Shown one piece after another: positions 36,560 through 49,929 of a stretch of DNA of 64,000 nt. Source of the DNA: Sminthopsis crassicaudata (taxonomy: Eukaryota); assembly GCF_048593235.1 (NCBI RefSeq), contig NC_133619.1, positions 388,754,454-388,818,453 on the forward strand. The letters are read 5' to 3'. The stretch's first letter is position 1, and the number at the start of each line of letters is the position of its first letter. A program made the translations under genes and the position numbers. Below the pieces are notes generated by a model, which made no database searches, had not been told where the DNA came from, and worked only from the letters and a program-made list of their open reading frames with translations.

Positions 36560-37350
36560 AGATTTTGCTTTTACTTTTTTTAATCTTTCCTTTAATGCCC
36601 ACAATTTCTATGTTGGGCTTTAACTGGGGAATTTTAATTTGTTGCTTTTCTAGTTGTTATTATTGTTGTTATTTTAATTTCTTGTCCAATTCATTGATCT
36701 GCTATTTCTCTTTTATTGATGAAAATGTTTAAATATATAAACATTCTTTAGGATTATTATTTAGTCTCCAAGTTAACATTTTATTCCATGGTCCTTTAAT
36801 GAATAAATTTATATTGCATCATGTTTTACATACTACTTTTCTGCATGTGTTTTGCATCCAGAGCCATCTCCAGTCATTTGATGCTTACTGGACAGAAATG
36901 GATCTGGAGAGGAAAGTAAGACATTTAAGTCCAATTCACTTGTACATCATGGCATGATCTCCCTGATGACATGGTCCTTTTCTAACCAAAGGACAAACAA
37001 AAGAAATATGTATTAATGAAGTTTTTATGCTCTGATAAACAGTTTATTTCTATAAAGGTAATATGTACAGCTGTGAAACGTGCACTTCTTCAATATTCTC
37101 CAAAAGTTTTTCATTTCTGACTTCTTAAAATTCTTTCCAGGTTTTAAACTTCTTTGTTTTTGTCAGATTTAAGTAGGTCTAAAAAGTCCCTCACTATTAT
37201 CCTTTCACTCTCTATTTCTCCCTGAAACTCATTTTATTTTTTTTCTTTAGGCTTTAAATTGTATATCATTTGTTGCATATATATTATTGATACAAACTCA
37301 GAAACTTTCAATAAAATGTAGTTTATTTCTTTATCTCTTTCACAATAGAT
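36560..37350 (-). mobile_element. Old degraded L1 fragment with an RTE-tailed SINE (Mar1/WALLSI-like) inserted at ~36845-36990
   Basis: T-rich antisense L1-like sequence; the insert ends catggtccttttctaaccaaaggacaaacaa, resembling an RTE-derived SINE tail. Confidence 0.45.
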
Positions 37351-39049
37351 ACTGAATTACCTAATGGATACACATAGTTGCTGCTTCTTCATTTGTAGCA
37401 AAAAGGAGACCAGTTCCAAGATAAATAGTGATGCTCATTAGTGTCCTAATTGGACACTGGCATATGTGCAGAACTTGGAGTAAGAAGACCTAGGTTCAAA
37501 TGGCAAATTTGCCCTTTGGTATCTATGTGACCTTGAATGAATCAGCTAAACTTTCTAAGCCTTTGTTTCCTCAACTATAAAATAAGGGGGCTGGACAAGA
37601 TAGCTTTTAAGTTATCTTTTAAATTTATGTAGTTCCCTCTTTGTTATAAATCTATAATAGTCCTATGAAACATTCTATAGGTCATCATTTCAACTGTTAT
37701 AAAATTCAGTTGCTCATCTAATTATTTTTTTCAAATTCATCTTAATTAAACATAATCAGTACAACAGAGATATAGAAGCAAACATAGAATATATTCAATT
37801 AAAGATACTAAAGTTAGATTTATATGAAATTAATTATCTGGATGAAACCATTAAAAGGTAAATTATCTGTATTATTCCATTTATCCCCTCTTTTTTAAGC
37901 TAAAATTTGACATTGGCTAGATGCAGCCTATGAAAATACAGATCTGAGCTGCCATTAAGATAGCATAAATGTCACTCCCAACATGATCACCACTAATATT
38001 TTGCTTTTATTGTACCAAAAATATACCCTTTGAAAAGCAGATGTAACTAAAAGGAGATTCAGAGAAATGAAGAAGGGTGATGACAGTTCTCTAGGCATCC
38101 AGTAATATGCCCAACTAAGGTATGTATCTGTCACTCATTAGAGAAATAAGACTAGGTATGCGCTATGATAGTGACAAGAGATATGAATATACTTATTAGA
38201 AAGAAAAACATCTATACAGCTAGCCATAATGTGCATATTTTTTCTCTTCCTTTCTCCTTCCCTCCCTCTTCCATTTCTTTTTCTGTCTTTCTCATACTGT
38301 TTGTCTGTCTCTTATTCCCCCTCACATTTTCTCCTATTTCTCTTAAACTGACTGTCTCCCTCATTCTCACTTTTTCTCTCTTCCTTCCTTATTTCCTTTC
38401 TTTCTTTCCTTCCTCTCCTATGTTTCTCTTGTATATTTTTGCTTTTTTCTTTGTAACTATAGAGGTGTTCTCATTTATCTTTATGGTTTGCTCCATTTAT
38501 AATGACAATACTGTTTATTTAGTTTTTACTCTTATTGATGTTTTAGAAAATGGTGAAGTAGCTGTCTTGCACTGTGGTCTGCCTCTAGAAATGTGACATC
38601 TGCCTCAGTCTTTATATTTACTTTATATCAGAGTACTTGTGTTTCTCTATAATTTAAGACTTTCTAAGCTTTCCATAGCTGAGTAATTTTTTCCTGCTTT
38701 TGTTCTTTGAGTCAATCACATTTCTCATAGATTATTTTTTTTACTACTGAATTTCCTTTTTCTTACTCAATTCCAACAATTTATTTTATCTTTAAATCTA
38801 CAATCTTCTTTCTATTCTAATATAATTATGTTGTAGTTTTTATTCATTCACTTCTCCTTTAAGTTAGTATCTGAATGACTGCTATATCTTGGAATCATAT
38901 AACATTTTGTTTATAAGAATTTTTAGATGAAGTCATCAACATCCCTTTACTTCACAGATGAGAAAGCTTGGGACTACCTGGAGATTAAAATTAGAATAAA
39001 CAGTAATTTAGATTGTACTTAAGACACTTAATCTAGTCTTGATATTTAT

Positions 39050-39300
39050 TTTTTGTTGTTCAATTATTTCAGTTCTTTCTGACTTTTCTTATTCCCATTT
39101 GGGGTTTTCTGGATAAATATTGTAGAGTGGGTTGTCATTTTATTCTCTATTAGTTGATAGAGGAGGAAATGAGCTGAACAGTGACTTGCCCAAGGTCACA
39201 CAGCTAGCTAAATATCTGAGGCCATATAGGAATTCAAAATTATAAATCTTCTGACTGAAGGTCTGACATTCTATACACTGTATCACTGAGCTGTCCATAA
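39050..39300 (-). mobile_element. Mar1-type CORE SINE
   Basis: gttgttcaattatttcag...ccatttggggttttctgg...gtgacttgcccaaggtcacacagctag...cactgtatcactgagctgtcc. Confidence 0.75.
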
Positions 39301-41784
39301 TATCTATTTCTCTTCTGCTAAAATACATATTTGTAGCCACACTTAGAATTTCTAAGACACAAAATTAATTTAGCCAATATTCTAAATATTATTAAATATC
39401 TATAACATACAGACCATGATGCTAGATGAGTAATGGGGACCATACAAAATTTTGGTAAGGCATGACCCATTCCCTTCATGGAATTCACAATCTAGTAGAG
39501 GAGAAAAAATAAAATAGTATAAATAATGGGTTCAAATGGATTTGCACATTTTAATACCACTTCTGACACTTTGCAGGGAGTCCTCTTTGCAGAGGGCAAC
39601 AATGTTAATGAAATAGATGATGAAACCATGAAAAAAGAAGTGTTATGAAAGGAAAGGAAGAAAAATATATTGAGTAAAAAGACAGAGTACTCAAAGCTAT
39701 CAATAGCTACAAGGAAGACAAGAGAATAAAAATTGAGAAAAAGTCATTCAATTGAATTCACTTACTATATGCATGTTATTGTATTAGATTTTTGGAATAA
39801 AAAATGGCAATTGCAGTTTCTTGTCCTCATCTTACCAGGATATTCCTGTATGTAAAAAAGATAAACATAAAGCAAGTAGGCAGTGAAGGAGAATGAGACA
39901 AAAAACATAAACAAAATTTTAAAAAGTAGAAAAAACTATCAGGTAAATCTAATATGTTGCACCTAAGCTGAGCTTAGGGAGATGAAGAGTATGTGCCACA
40001 TAAAAATAACCTTAATAGACCATAAAGCTCAAGGCCTTTCCTAGTCTCTAAGAAATTATTGTCATCTCACAATCTCATTTATTATATACAATTATATATA
40101 AATCCACTTATTTAATTATATTAAGAGACACATTTAATTTTGTCCTGTATCTTTTGACTATAGGCACTAAATACCAATATTATGAGGTTAATCAGAGAAA
40201 AACATATTGACCAAAACAAAAAGAAAGAAAACAATTCATCTATTAGCTCTATTTAATGAAAAACAAAACAAATTAATTAAGGCACATTTGTGTCTTGATT
40301 CAGATCAACAAACCCATAGATGTGTATATTATTCCTAACAGTGAGAATTGTAGCCTATCCATTTCTTGTTATCCTGTGTCCTTTTATTCTTCTCAAAATC
40401 TTCTATAGAGGAGCAATTCAATTCCCTGTAATTTTGATTTTTCAAAGTTTTGGGAATTACATGTATTGTAACCATATAATATCACTCACAGTAAAGCACA
40501 ATCTAAATGACACTGATTCTCTATTATTGAATGAATTAACTAGCTTAAATGGGGAGGAGTTATGTATAAAGATCTAACTTTTAAAGGGAAAAATATAGAT
40601 TATGATCAAAGAAAATGAGATTGATATTTCTTGTATAAATGATGATCTCATTAATATTTTGACATTGACACTTTTTGAGAATAACCTCTGCAACCTTTGC
40701 CCACAAAGGATTTACCACAAACTTCAAAATCAAAATTAAGACTAAAGAAATAATGAATTTAGATTTCAGGAGCTATTGCTTTATCATCTCTCCTGTCTTT
40801 TGTATATGTTTTTCATATCTCTCTTTATTCCTCAGGCCCTAAACTACTTGGACAAAGTGTACTTTGTAATTTAAGAAATAAAATGAGTGAACTTTGGTTC
40901 ACATTCTATTAAAAAACTCAGTGCTATAAAGTTAACAAAGTGTTTAGTTCACAATACTGAATGGCACTTATACTATGTGCCTTTCATTATGCCTATTTTA
41001 TAGATGATAAAGCTCAGTTTCCAAAAGATTATGTGACTAAATCCAAATCAAATAATTAGTAGTTGTCACAGCTCTAAATATTGGTCACAATTACTCTTGA
41101 ATTAATCCATGAAGTAAAATACTCATGTTTTTTGTTGCCATTTCTTCCTAAACAGAACTCCACATTTTGAAATGAAAATTTTAATTTCTAAGAAGAAATT
41201 TTTTTCTTACTCCTCAATAAATAGAAAGCTAATGTTAAGACCCATATCAAATTATAAATATAAACATTAGGAGACATTCTTCATATTTTTGAGACACTTT
41301 AGAACTAAAAAAAATACTAGATCTGTAGCAAGAAGAACTGGGTTTGAATCTTGTTTCTGTCATTTGTTGTCTATGTAATCTTTCATAAGTCATATATATT
41401 TCTCTGGGCTTGGCTTTCTAATCTGTTAATGAAGGTTTTGAATTAAATGACTTTTAAAGTCAATAGCACTTCTAAATATAAATTTAAAAGATAGTTTGTG
41501 GGAAAATCTTGTGATAGATTTGAGAGAAACTGCTTCCTCAGATTAATTCTGCTGATTTATAGCAACTTGGACAAAGAATCTAAACTTCCCTGGCCCTTAG
41601 TCTTCCTCATTTGCAAAGTGAAAGGGCTGAACTGTCTGGTTTCTGATGTTCTTTGTAACTCTAGAGGATTGCTTCTACAATCTTCTTAACATTTTTGATG
41701 GAAACTCACAATAAAAAAGCTACATAGGAAGCGATTATTCCTAATTGTATTAGTTATATTCTGGCTTTCCTGAAGAAGAGGCAG

Positions 41785-42000
41785 CTAGTTAGGTGGCTCA
41801 GTGGATAAAGTTCTGAGCTTGGAGTCAGGAAGATCGATCTTCCAATTCAGTCTCACACATTAATTAGCTGTGTGACCCTGGGCAAGTCAGTTAACCCTGT
41901 TTGCCTCAGTTTTATCATTTGTATAATGAACTGAAGAAGGAAATGGCAAATCACTCCAGCAGTTTCAATTTCACAGCTGAAATTACTGAACTATAACAAG
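41785..42000 (+). mobile_element. Mar1-type CORE SINE
   Basis: ggtggctcagtggataaag...ggagtcaggaag...tagctgtgtgaccctgggcaagtcagttaacc...gaaggaaatggcaaatcactccag. Confidence 0.78.
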
Positions 42001-43712
42001 AGTCCTGAAGAAGATCTTGTTTTCAAGGCTATTGGAAAATGCTGTGGAATTTTGCTGCAAGACTGGGTTTGTTTCTATCTCCCTCTAGTGACAGTTTTAT
42101 TACTTACTGTATTAGCATCTAAGGTCTTGAAATTTGCACTTGCCCAGAATTCAGTCTTTATCTCAATGGGAAAAGAACTTTAATGCCTCAGCTCTCAAAT
42201 GCTGCCCTCTTTTCAGCAACTGTCTAAAAGAGCAGCTCTGATTAGACCGCCACAACTAGAAATAATGTGGAGCAAAGATGTTGCATTGACTTGACCAAGA
42301 GAATAACTTTGCTGGTCTTCCTCTGCATTGTCTTCATGGTATGCCTTTTATCATTTTATTTGAAATTAGCTCTCAGAATATCTCAGACATCCATATTCTT
42401 ATCTATCTTCCACTCAGATTTAGAATAATAATGCCAAAATAAATTACTTGTGGGTTATCTACTGCCTTGGATTAATCATATCCCTGTTCTCCTTCAGTTT
42501 TTTAAGTGATTGAGAGCTAGCTTACTACACTCCAAAGCAGTTAGGAAGGTTTTTAATTCAATAGGAGCAGAAACCCAATCTTCATTGAAACCTTAAATAT
42601 TAACATTTTATTATTCCCAGATGATATGCTGTCACCATTATGAGTTAGTACGGCTTCCACTGGATAATCATTCATACCATAAACTGAAAGAGCAGAGAAA
42701 CAAAGTTTTTTGAGGCTACAAAATAGTGATAGTAAGTAGCAAGAGGGATTTTAAAAAAAATTCTCACTTAACTTTACTGTTTGATCAAAATAGTGCTGAG
42801 TATCAATGGCAAAAGTTCTCACTTTGGGGGAGGCGGGGATACACTGAATGAAATCATTTATGATATTATGAACTTTATTATAAATATACTCTTAGAGAAA
42901 AAGAGATCCTAAATATGAATATATTGATGTTGGAATTTTTGATAAGAAATCAATAGTGGATTCCTTTCCAGTTCTATTCATATTCAAAATACTATCTACT
43001 TTGGTTTGTTGAAAAGATAGTATGACAGAGCTTATTGATTCCTCAGGAGAATCAAATCTGAATAGAATGTTAAGTGGAAAATTAATAGAAACTAGACATT
43101 TTCATTGTTTTTTTGTTTGACCAAATCCCAATAAACTTTGATTTCACACTCTTTCCTTCAAACAAATAAAACATTATTCTTGACTAATTTTAAGAGAAGA
43201 ATACAGAGATTTCCCTTTGCTATCTTCTTTGGCCTTCTATTCCATTCAGTGGCACTGACTTTAACCAGATTTTACCAGGGGAAGCAGGAAGAAGTAGGAT
43301 ATTGCATAATATGATTTGCACTGGGCCTTTACAACCTTTTTTAGGACAACACTATTGGGGAAATTTTTTCTGGCATATTTACCTTCCAAATAAGGAGATT
43401 GATTTCCCTGTTTTGCTTCTTCAGGGCACAATAATATGTCCTCTGTCGTCAAGAAAGGAAATCATCCATTTGTTCTCTATATGGAAGGGAGATTAATTAT
43501 TTTACCCTCATGTTTATGCTACATTGGCCTCAGATCTGTTGGGAAGCAGATTAAGTGATACATTTTATTTATTCTGAAATGAAAATAAATGTATATTTCC
43601 TTAGCACTAACTAACTGGGAAGAAATATGACTTCTTTCCGCTATTTAACATTTTTTTTGAGCCCCAACTATGTATATATAGTCTCTTCTACCTTTAAATC
43701 TGTGATCAAGAT

Positions 43713-43920
43713 TAGAGGTTCTGAATCTGAGATGCCTGAATTTGTTTGTTTGTTTTTACTTTTGATAGATATTTCAATATAATTATTTTCCATTGTTGTC
43801 CTGTGTATTTTATTTTGTCCATTTGTGTATATAAATATACATATTATAATAAATGAAATATATATATTCCCCCCTCAGAAGGAATCTTTAGGTTCACCAG
43901 ACTTCCAAAGGGGTCTGTCA
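43713..43920 (+). mobile_element. hAT-Charlie-like MITE, partial
   Basis: Homologous to the copy at 45866-46068 (gaggttctgaatct...ttcaccagacttccaaaggggtc); right end lost. Confidence 0.6.
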
Positions 43921-43921
43921 T

Positions 43922-43952
<31 letters not shown>

Positions 43953-45865
43953 AACATATCCAGAGACAGATAAGTTGTAAAATGAAAAGAACAATGGTCT
44001 TAGAATCAGGAATACCTGAGTTCAAATTCTACTTCAGACACTTAATGCCTTATGACATTGGCTTTGCCCTTCTTTGCCTCAGTTTCTTCATCTGAAAAAC
44101 AAAGGGGTCAAACTCCCTAACCTCTGAGGTCTCTAACACTCCAAATTTACAATCCTTGGTGGCTTAGGGAAAATGAGGTGGAGCTGAAAGTAATCTAGAC
44201 CACCTAGAAAAAATGACTCAAGCAGATAATAGAGTCGACTACATTTTAACATTCTAAACATTTTACATTTTGGAAGGAAGAAACTAAGAAAAAGTTAGCT
44301 TTACGAATACTTAAAAGCTTTCCAATATTATGATTTACATGTAATTTTTGTCATGTTGTTATTTTGTCTGTCCCTCACACTTTCTGAATATATTAGGAAA
44401 CATATGGCAAAATCCCACCCTTTTACTGGGGAGCTAGCAATCGATTCTAAAAAGCAGAGAAAATGAAGCAAATTCCCTCAGTGGGTAAGCTTCTCTTTGT
44501 AAGGAAATGGTCATTTTGGGGCCCCAAAGTGTTCTCTTAGAACATCAGGGCACCATTTGTTTGTTCATAAATTATCTGTGAAGATCTCCAGGCTGGTGAC
44601 CTACAGAGAGCTTAGTGTCAGCCAGAGTGTTTTAAGTGGGTGTTTCATTGATCCAGCATATGCTGAACATTTTTGCTTCTATTTATGGTTTTTATTCAAT
44701 TATTATTCCTTTGCACTTGTACCCTGAGGTGATTTTAATATGAAGACTCAAGTTTGACTTAAAAAAAGAAAAAAAACATAATATTTTCCTGAAAAAGTAA
44801 TTGTGCATCCTCAATGACTGATTTCTACTTATTTCTATGGTTTAATTTGTGCTCTTGAAAGACTTGAAGGAAGGGAACAAGAGTTTAGTAAGCATCTATC
44901 ATGTGCTAAGCACTCTACAAATATTCTCTGATTAGATACTCATAACAGTCCTGGGAGTAAGTACTATTATCATTCCCATTTTATAGTTGAGAAAACTAAC
45001 AGAGAGATTTGCCTAGGATCACACAGCGAGTAAGTACCTGAGTCTGGATTTGAGTTTAGGTCTTCCTGAGTTCAAGTATAGTAAGACTATCCATTGCACT
45101 ATCTGGTTGCTTCACTTGGATTGTCTACCATCTTATTTAATAGTCTCCTAAGAAGCCAGTCCAAAGATGGATGGCATAGATAGAGGCTGCTGATATAAAG
45201 GCCGTCTTAAAAAGTGAGATTGTGCACAGGGAGTAAGCTGTTGATCATTAATGAAGTGATCTAAAAGTCTGTCATTATCTACTTTCATTTCTAAACTTCC
45301 TCTTATGGAGGTGATGAATCCTTACTGTTTTCCTAACTGCAAAATCACTCATTAACATACAAGTGACCATTTCATTTATCATAGTATTATCATTTTTAAG
45401 TTTATTAAATAAAGGATTTGAAAATATAAGAAAAAATAATTTTGAAAAAATGTGTTACTAAATAAAGAACATTGCGTTTACCTTCCTTTCTCTTTTAGAG
45501 TTTTATCTTTTTATCATCTCCCATCTTCTTTTAATTTTCAATCTTTCCTCAAATATTGACTATTTCCTGATAGCTTATATTCAGGACCTTCTGCTATGCA
45601 AAAAAAAAAAAAAAAAAAAAAGAAATAAAGCAAACAAAAAAAAAAATTGTTGATTTGAGCTTGAGCTATTGTCCTATCTTTTCCTTTTATAGTTTATGTT
45701 CTAGGAAAAGTAGATCCTTAACCTCTTATAATCTGTGTTATGTCTCTACCACTCAACTGAACAGTTCATTCCAAGATCACCAGTGATCTTTTTATTGTTG
45801 AATTGAATAATCCTGCTTGTTCAATTTGCAGAATTAATCATTACTGATCACCAGTTCTTCTAGGC

Positions 45866-46068
45866 CAGGGGTTATTAACTTGGAGGTATTAAACATTTTA
45901 AAAATATTTTATAAATGTTTCATCAATATAAGTGATTTCCTTTGTAAGTCTATGTATTTTATTTCATGAATTTAAAAAACAGCATTCTTAAAAGAGAGTA
46001 TGGGAGCTTTACCAGACTTCCAAAGAGGTCCATAACAAAACAAAGAAAAAAAAGGTGAAGAACCTATG
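45866..46068 (+). mobile_element. hAT-Charlie-like non-autonomous DNA transposon (MITE, ~200 bp)
   Basis: Imperfect TIRs caggggttattaac / gtgaagaacctatg; 8-bp flanks ttctaggc / ttctaagt (6/8), fitting the TCTAG target preference. Confidence 0.72.
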
Positions 46069-46199
46069 TTCTAAGTATTTCATCCTCTCTGGGTTTTGTA
46101 AAGTTTTTGTAGTAATTCTTTTAATACCCTCTGACTATTCTTCCTCAATCTCCAATGATTTATTCTGTATCCTTCTCATTTCTTTCACATGTCTCTATG

Positions 46200-47035
46200 A
46201 ATTATCTCCAATGAGCATAGCTACCATCCTCACACACAGATAATTCCTAAGAATCTGTTTTGCAATGCTCATAGTTTGCTGGAGCTCCAATTCCCATCAC
46301 CAACTTCCAAATGGACATTTCCATCTTGATGTTGCATAGACATTTTAAATTCAATATGTCCAAAATTGAATGTATCCCATCCCCCCAAGTCCTGACTCTC
46401 TATATTCCTTCTAACTTTCCCATTTCTGCCAATGACATCATAATACTTCCAGTCACACAAATTTGGAACTCTTTATTCATCTCACTTTCCTTTCCCTTAC
46501 AGTGCTTAAACAGTTGTTAATTCATGCCAAATAGACTTCCACAATATAGCTTGTATCTCTACCCTTTACACTCACAAAGCCTTACCCTAAATGAGACCTT
46601 CTTTATCCCTGTATGGGATATTGTCATAGTTTCTTTGCATGCAATATCTTATCTTTCTAATCCATTTTCAGAAACAGTTTAAAAAGCTGCCATATATCAC
46701 TATTGCTTTTATGATAAAATATACATCCTTGTTTGACATTTAAAATTTCTCATGATCTATCTCAACTATCTTTCCAGGATATTTTCATATTCTTCCTCCT
46801 ATATTCAAGTATAATTGATTAACTTGTTCTTAAATGACATTTTTCTTCCTTTGCAAATGCTTACTCTATGGATGCCTAGAATATCCTTTATTCCTGTGGG
46901 TATTAGTATCCCAAACTCATTTAAAGCCTCAATTCAAGTTGTACCTCTGAAATCCTCCATATTTTTTTTATTTCCTCAGCTATCTTCCCCTAATTATATA
47001 TGTGTTTTTTAATACAGTATCTCTCTCTCTCTCTT

Positions 47036-47084
<49 letters not shown>

Positions 47085-47220
47085 GTTCCCTGTCAAGAAA
47101 ATATAAGCTCTTTGAGGATAGGAACTTGAGTTTATTTTAGTTTTGTTTTTCCTTTGAACTCATTGCACACAGCATAGGGCTTGGCATAGCAGAAGCATTT
47201 AATAAATTCTTCCTGAATTG
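46200..47220 (+). mobile_element. L2 LINE 3' remnant containing a (TA)n microsatellite at ~47035-47085
   Basis: tggacatttccatcttgatg...aaattcaatatgtccaaaattgaa and the terminal gcatagggcttggcatagcagaagcatttaataaatt typical of L2 3' ends. Confidence 0.6.
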
Positions 47221-49929
47221 GATTTTGTTATTTTGAAAGTCCTTCTCCAGAATGTAGTGATATAGGCTGTGATTTTAACATAAAAACAATATGATCCATG
47301 AACTTCCCTACAACAAAGGTCATGGAGCATTGCCTGAGTCACTGAGAGGATAAGTTTCTTTCTGCTTTGCATAGATTCATTTATCCTTGATATTAAGTAT
47401 ACTACTCTGATTTTAGTATAATTGTCAACTTAAAGTTGTTAGTCAACTCTAAATTTCCTAGAATATATTTTATATCAAGAGAAAAGAAGGTTGTCTGACT
47501 ATCTTTCTTATTTTGTTCTATTTTTGTAGTTGTCAAATTGTAAAAATATGATTCTCATCTTGGCATATCCAGGAATGGAATTTTATCAAGTATTAAAAGC
47601 CCAGTCAAGATCTAGGGGAATCTTTCATGTTATCCCAAATCAGAAGAGTGTCGTAGGGCAGTAGGTTCAGATTTTATCAGATATATGGATCTTTTGAGTT
47701 TTATTTAATCCAACTAACTCATTTTACAGATGTGAAATCCAAGGTTCAGATGATCATCAATTTGCATAAGGTCACAGCGATATTCAGTGGTAGAGCTGAG
47801 ATTCAAACCCAGGTCCTCCTACTCCAAAATTCCTCTACATTATGATGACTCTTTTTATAAATCAATGTATTAATTTGCTCAAGAAGAAAAAAATAACTGT
47901 CAAATCTATCAGAATAATTCTTTGAAGCTGGTTAGTTCATTTGTTTCCCAGTAGAGAAGTCTACTTGGGAAACCAAATTAAAATTAGACAGCTGCTGGGT
48001 AAGCAGTATCTAAGCAAGGAAAGCAAAATGATCTTAAAGAATATTGTCATCAAGTGGCAATAGACTGGTGCACTCTTCTCTACTACAGGGAAATATGCCA
48101 AATGAATGGGAATATTCATTTCAGCCCATCAGGCTACACTCTCCCTTAGACGATTCTTGATACATACTGACAAATAATCTTTTACTATCTCTGTTTTTGT
48201 AGTATTGCTTATAAGTTGCCAAAAGCTTCCATCATTATACTATTAACTCTTGCTGTTATGCCATTTCACTGTAGCTTATCTTATACAAGTTACAATTTAG
48301 ATTGATGTTGTTCCTGACTAAATTTCAGGAAGACTCCTTGTTGAATCTTAACAGATACCTTCTTTTCATTAGACAAACATAAGATTATGATTAATCATCT
48401 CTCAGGTTATGTGTTTGGAAATGATTTAATCCAACTACCAGAAGGAGTGAGAATTAGCTAACACTATTATATCACAGACATGTTTTTATTCCTAATTGGA
48501 TAAAAACAAATGTTCCTAATGGAAACTCCCTCTCCTTCATCACTACATCCCAGGGACTGAACTGCATCCTGACTCAGAATACTGAGTCATGATTGTATTC
48601 TTAATTGGCAGCTGGCCTTTATTGGTGTTAAAATGTATCTATCAGGAGCAAGTATCTAGACCTGAACCTACCTGTGAATGGAAGATTGAAATTAGATAAT
48701 ATAGTGTTCTTGGACAAGTAGTCATGTACTGAAGGATATAGAGGCCCAGGTTCAGAGAGTCCATGGGGTCTGTGACTTTCATGGTATAGATAAAAAACAT
48801 AATTTGATCATCAATGGTTAAATTGATGAAAAAAACTTGTAATCAAATCTCCCTCAGAGAATCAGAGAGGCATCAGAGATAATAGAAAATAGAGGTATTT
48901 AGAGAAAGGTCAAAACATGTAATCACACAGAAGAAAGAAGGTGATGAGAGGACAAAACTCATAGTCCTTCAGCTAGTAGTCGTGGCATTCAGATAAAGAA
49001 GAGTTCTTTCTTATGAGGAGTTTGAAGAAATAATAGGTATTTTTCCTGGAATTTGGTCTAAAGCCTTGGTACCTATTTTAATCTGTTTTTTTTTAAATTT
49101 ATGAATATTTTATGTTGCCTCTAAGAATATATACTGAGGAAAAAACTGTTTTTTTTTCTTTGTATCCCACTTATTAACAAGTTTAATAAAAGCATGACTG
49201 ATCTGAATCAGGATGAGTTACCTCTTAGAATGATTCTGAATTCTAGGAAGATTCTAAGAAAAATTTACCTAGATCCTAGACCTCTACCCCTGTGTCTGAT
49301 GGCTAGAGAAATAAATTTCAGAGGGCTGAGACTTAGTTATTTTGAGGAAGTTGGGGTATGTGAAAAGAAGTTTAAAAAGAAGAGAAGTAGATGACCCTAA
49401 TATCCTGTTTGTTTTGAACCATAACTAAACTATAAGTTTTTTCTTTGTGACTGAAGCTTCTTCACTCTGCATGTTCACCTCTACTACTTTGTAGAATATA
49501 ACTTTTTTTTAATGGGATATTATAATATTATCAAGGAGCAGGAAATGATTAGATAAATCTTGTGCCAACTAAGTTTCCACAGGAAATTTCAACCCCAGGA
49601 ATTCTGATTATCAAGAAACCAAGAAAGTAGGAATCAGAGGAAAGCACATAGACACAGTAACTAGCAAGTTAAAACCTCTAAGTCTATGTCTCCAAAACTC
49701 ATCATAAAAAGGGATTTCCTTTGAAACGACTGGATAACCAATTTTTAAAATTTTCCTACTCTCAGTTCACTGATATTGGTTGAACTAAACTGAAAGTCAT
49801 GCCCTGCAATTAATAAAGACAAGAAACTTTTTCTTGCCTGTTGCCAGGAATCTAAACATTTTCCTACTTCACAATTTTGAGCCATAGACCCAACTTTTGG
49901 GTTGGGGTCTGGACAAATAATTGTAATGT

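Noticed and set aside
38165-38596. 143-aa hydrophobic ORF
   Set aside because: Product of a T/C-rich low-complexity tract; no recognisable domain or splice context.
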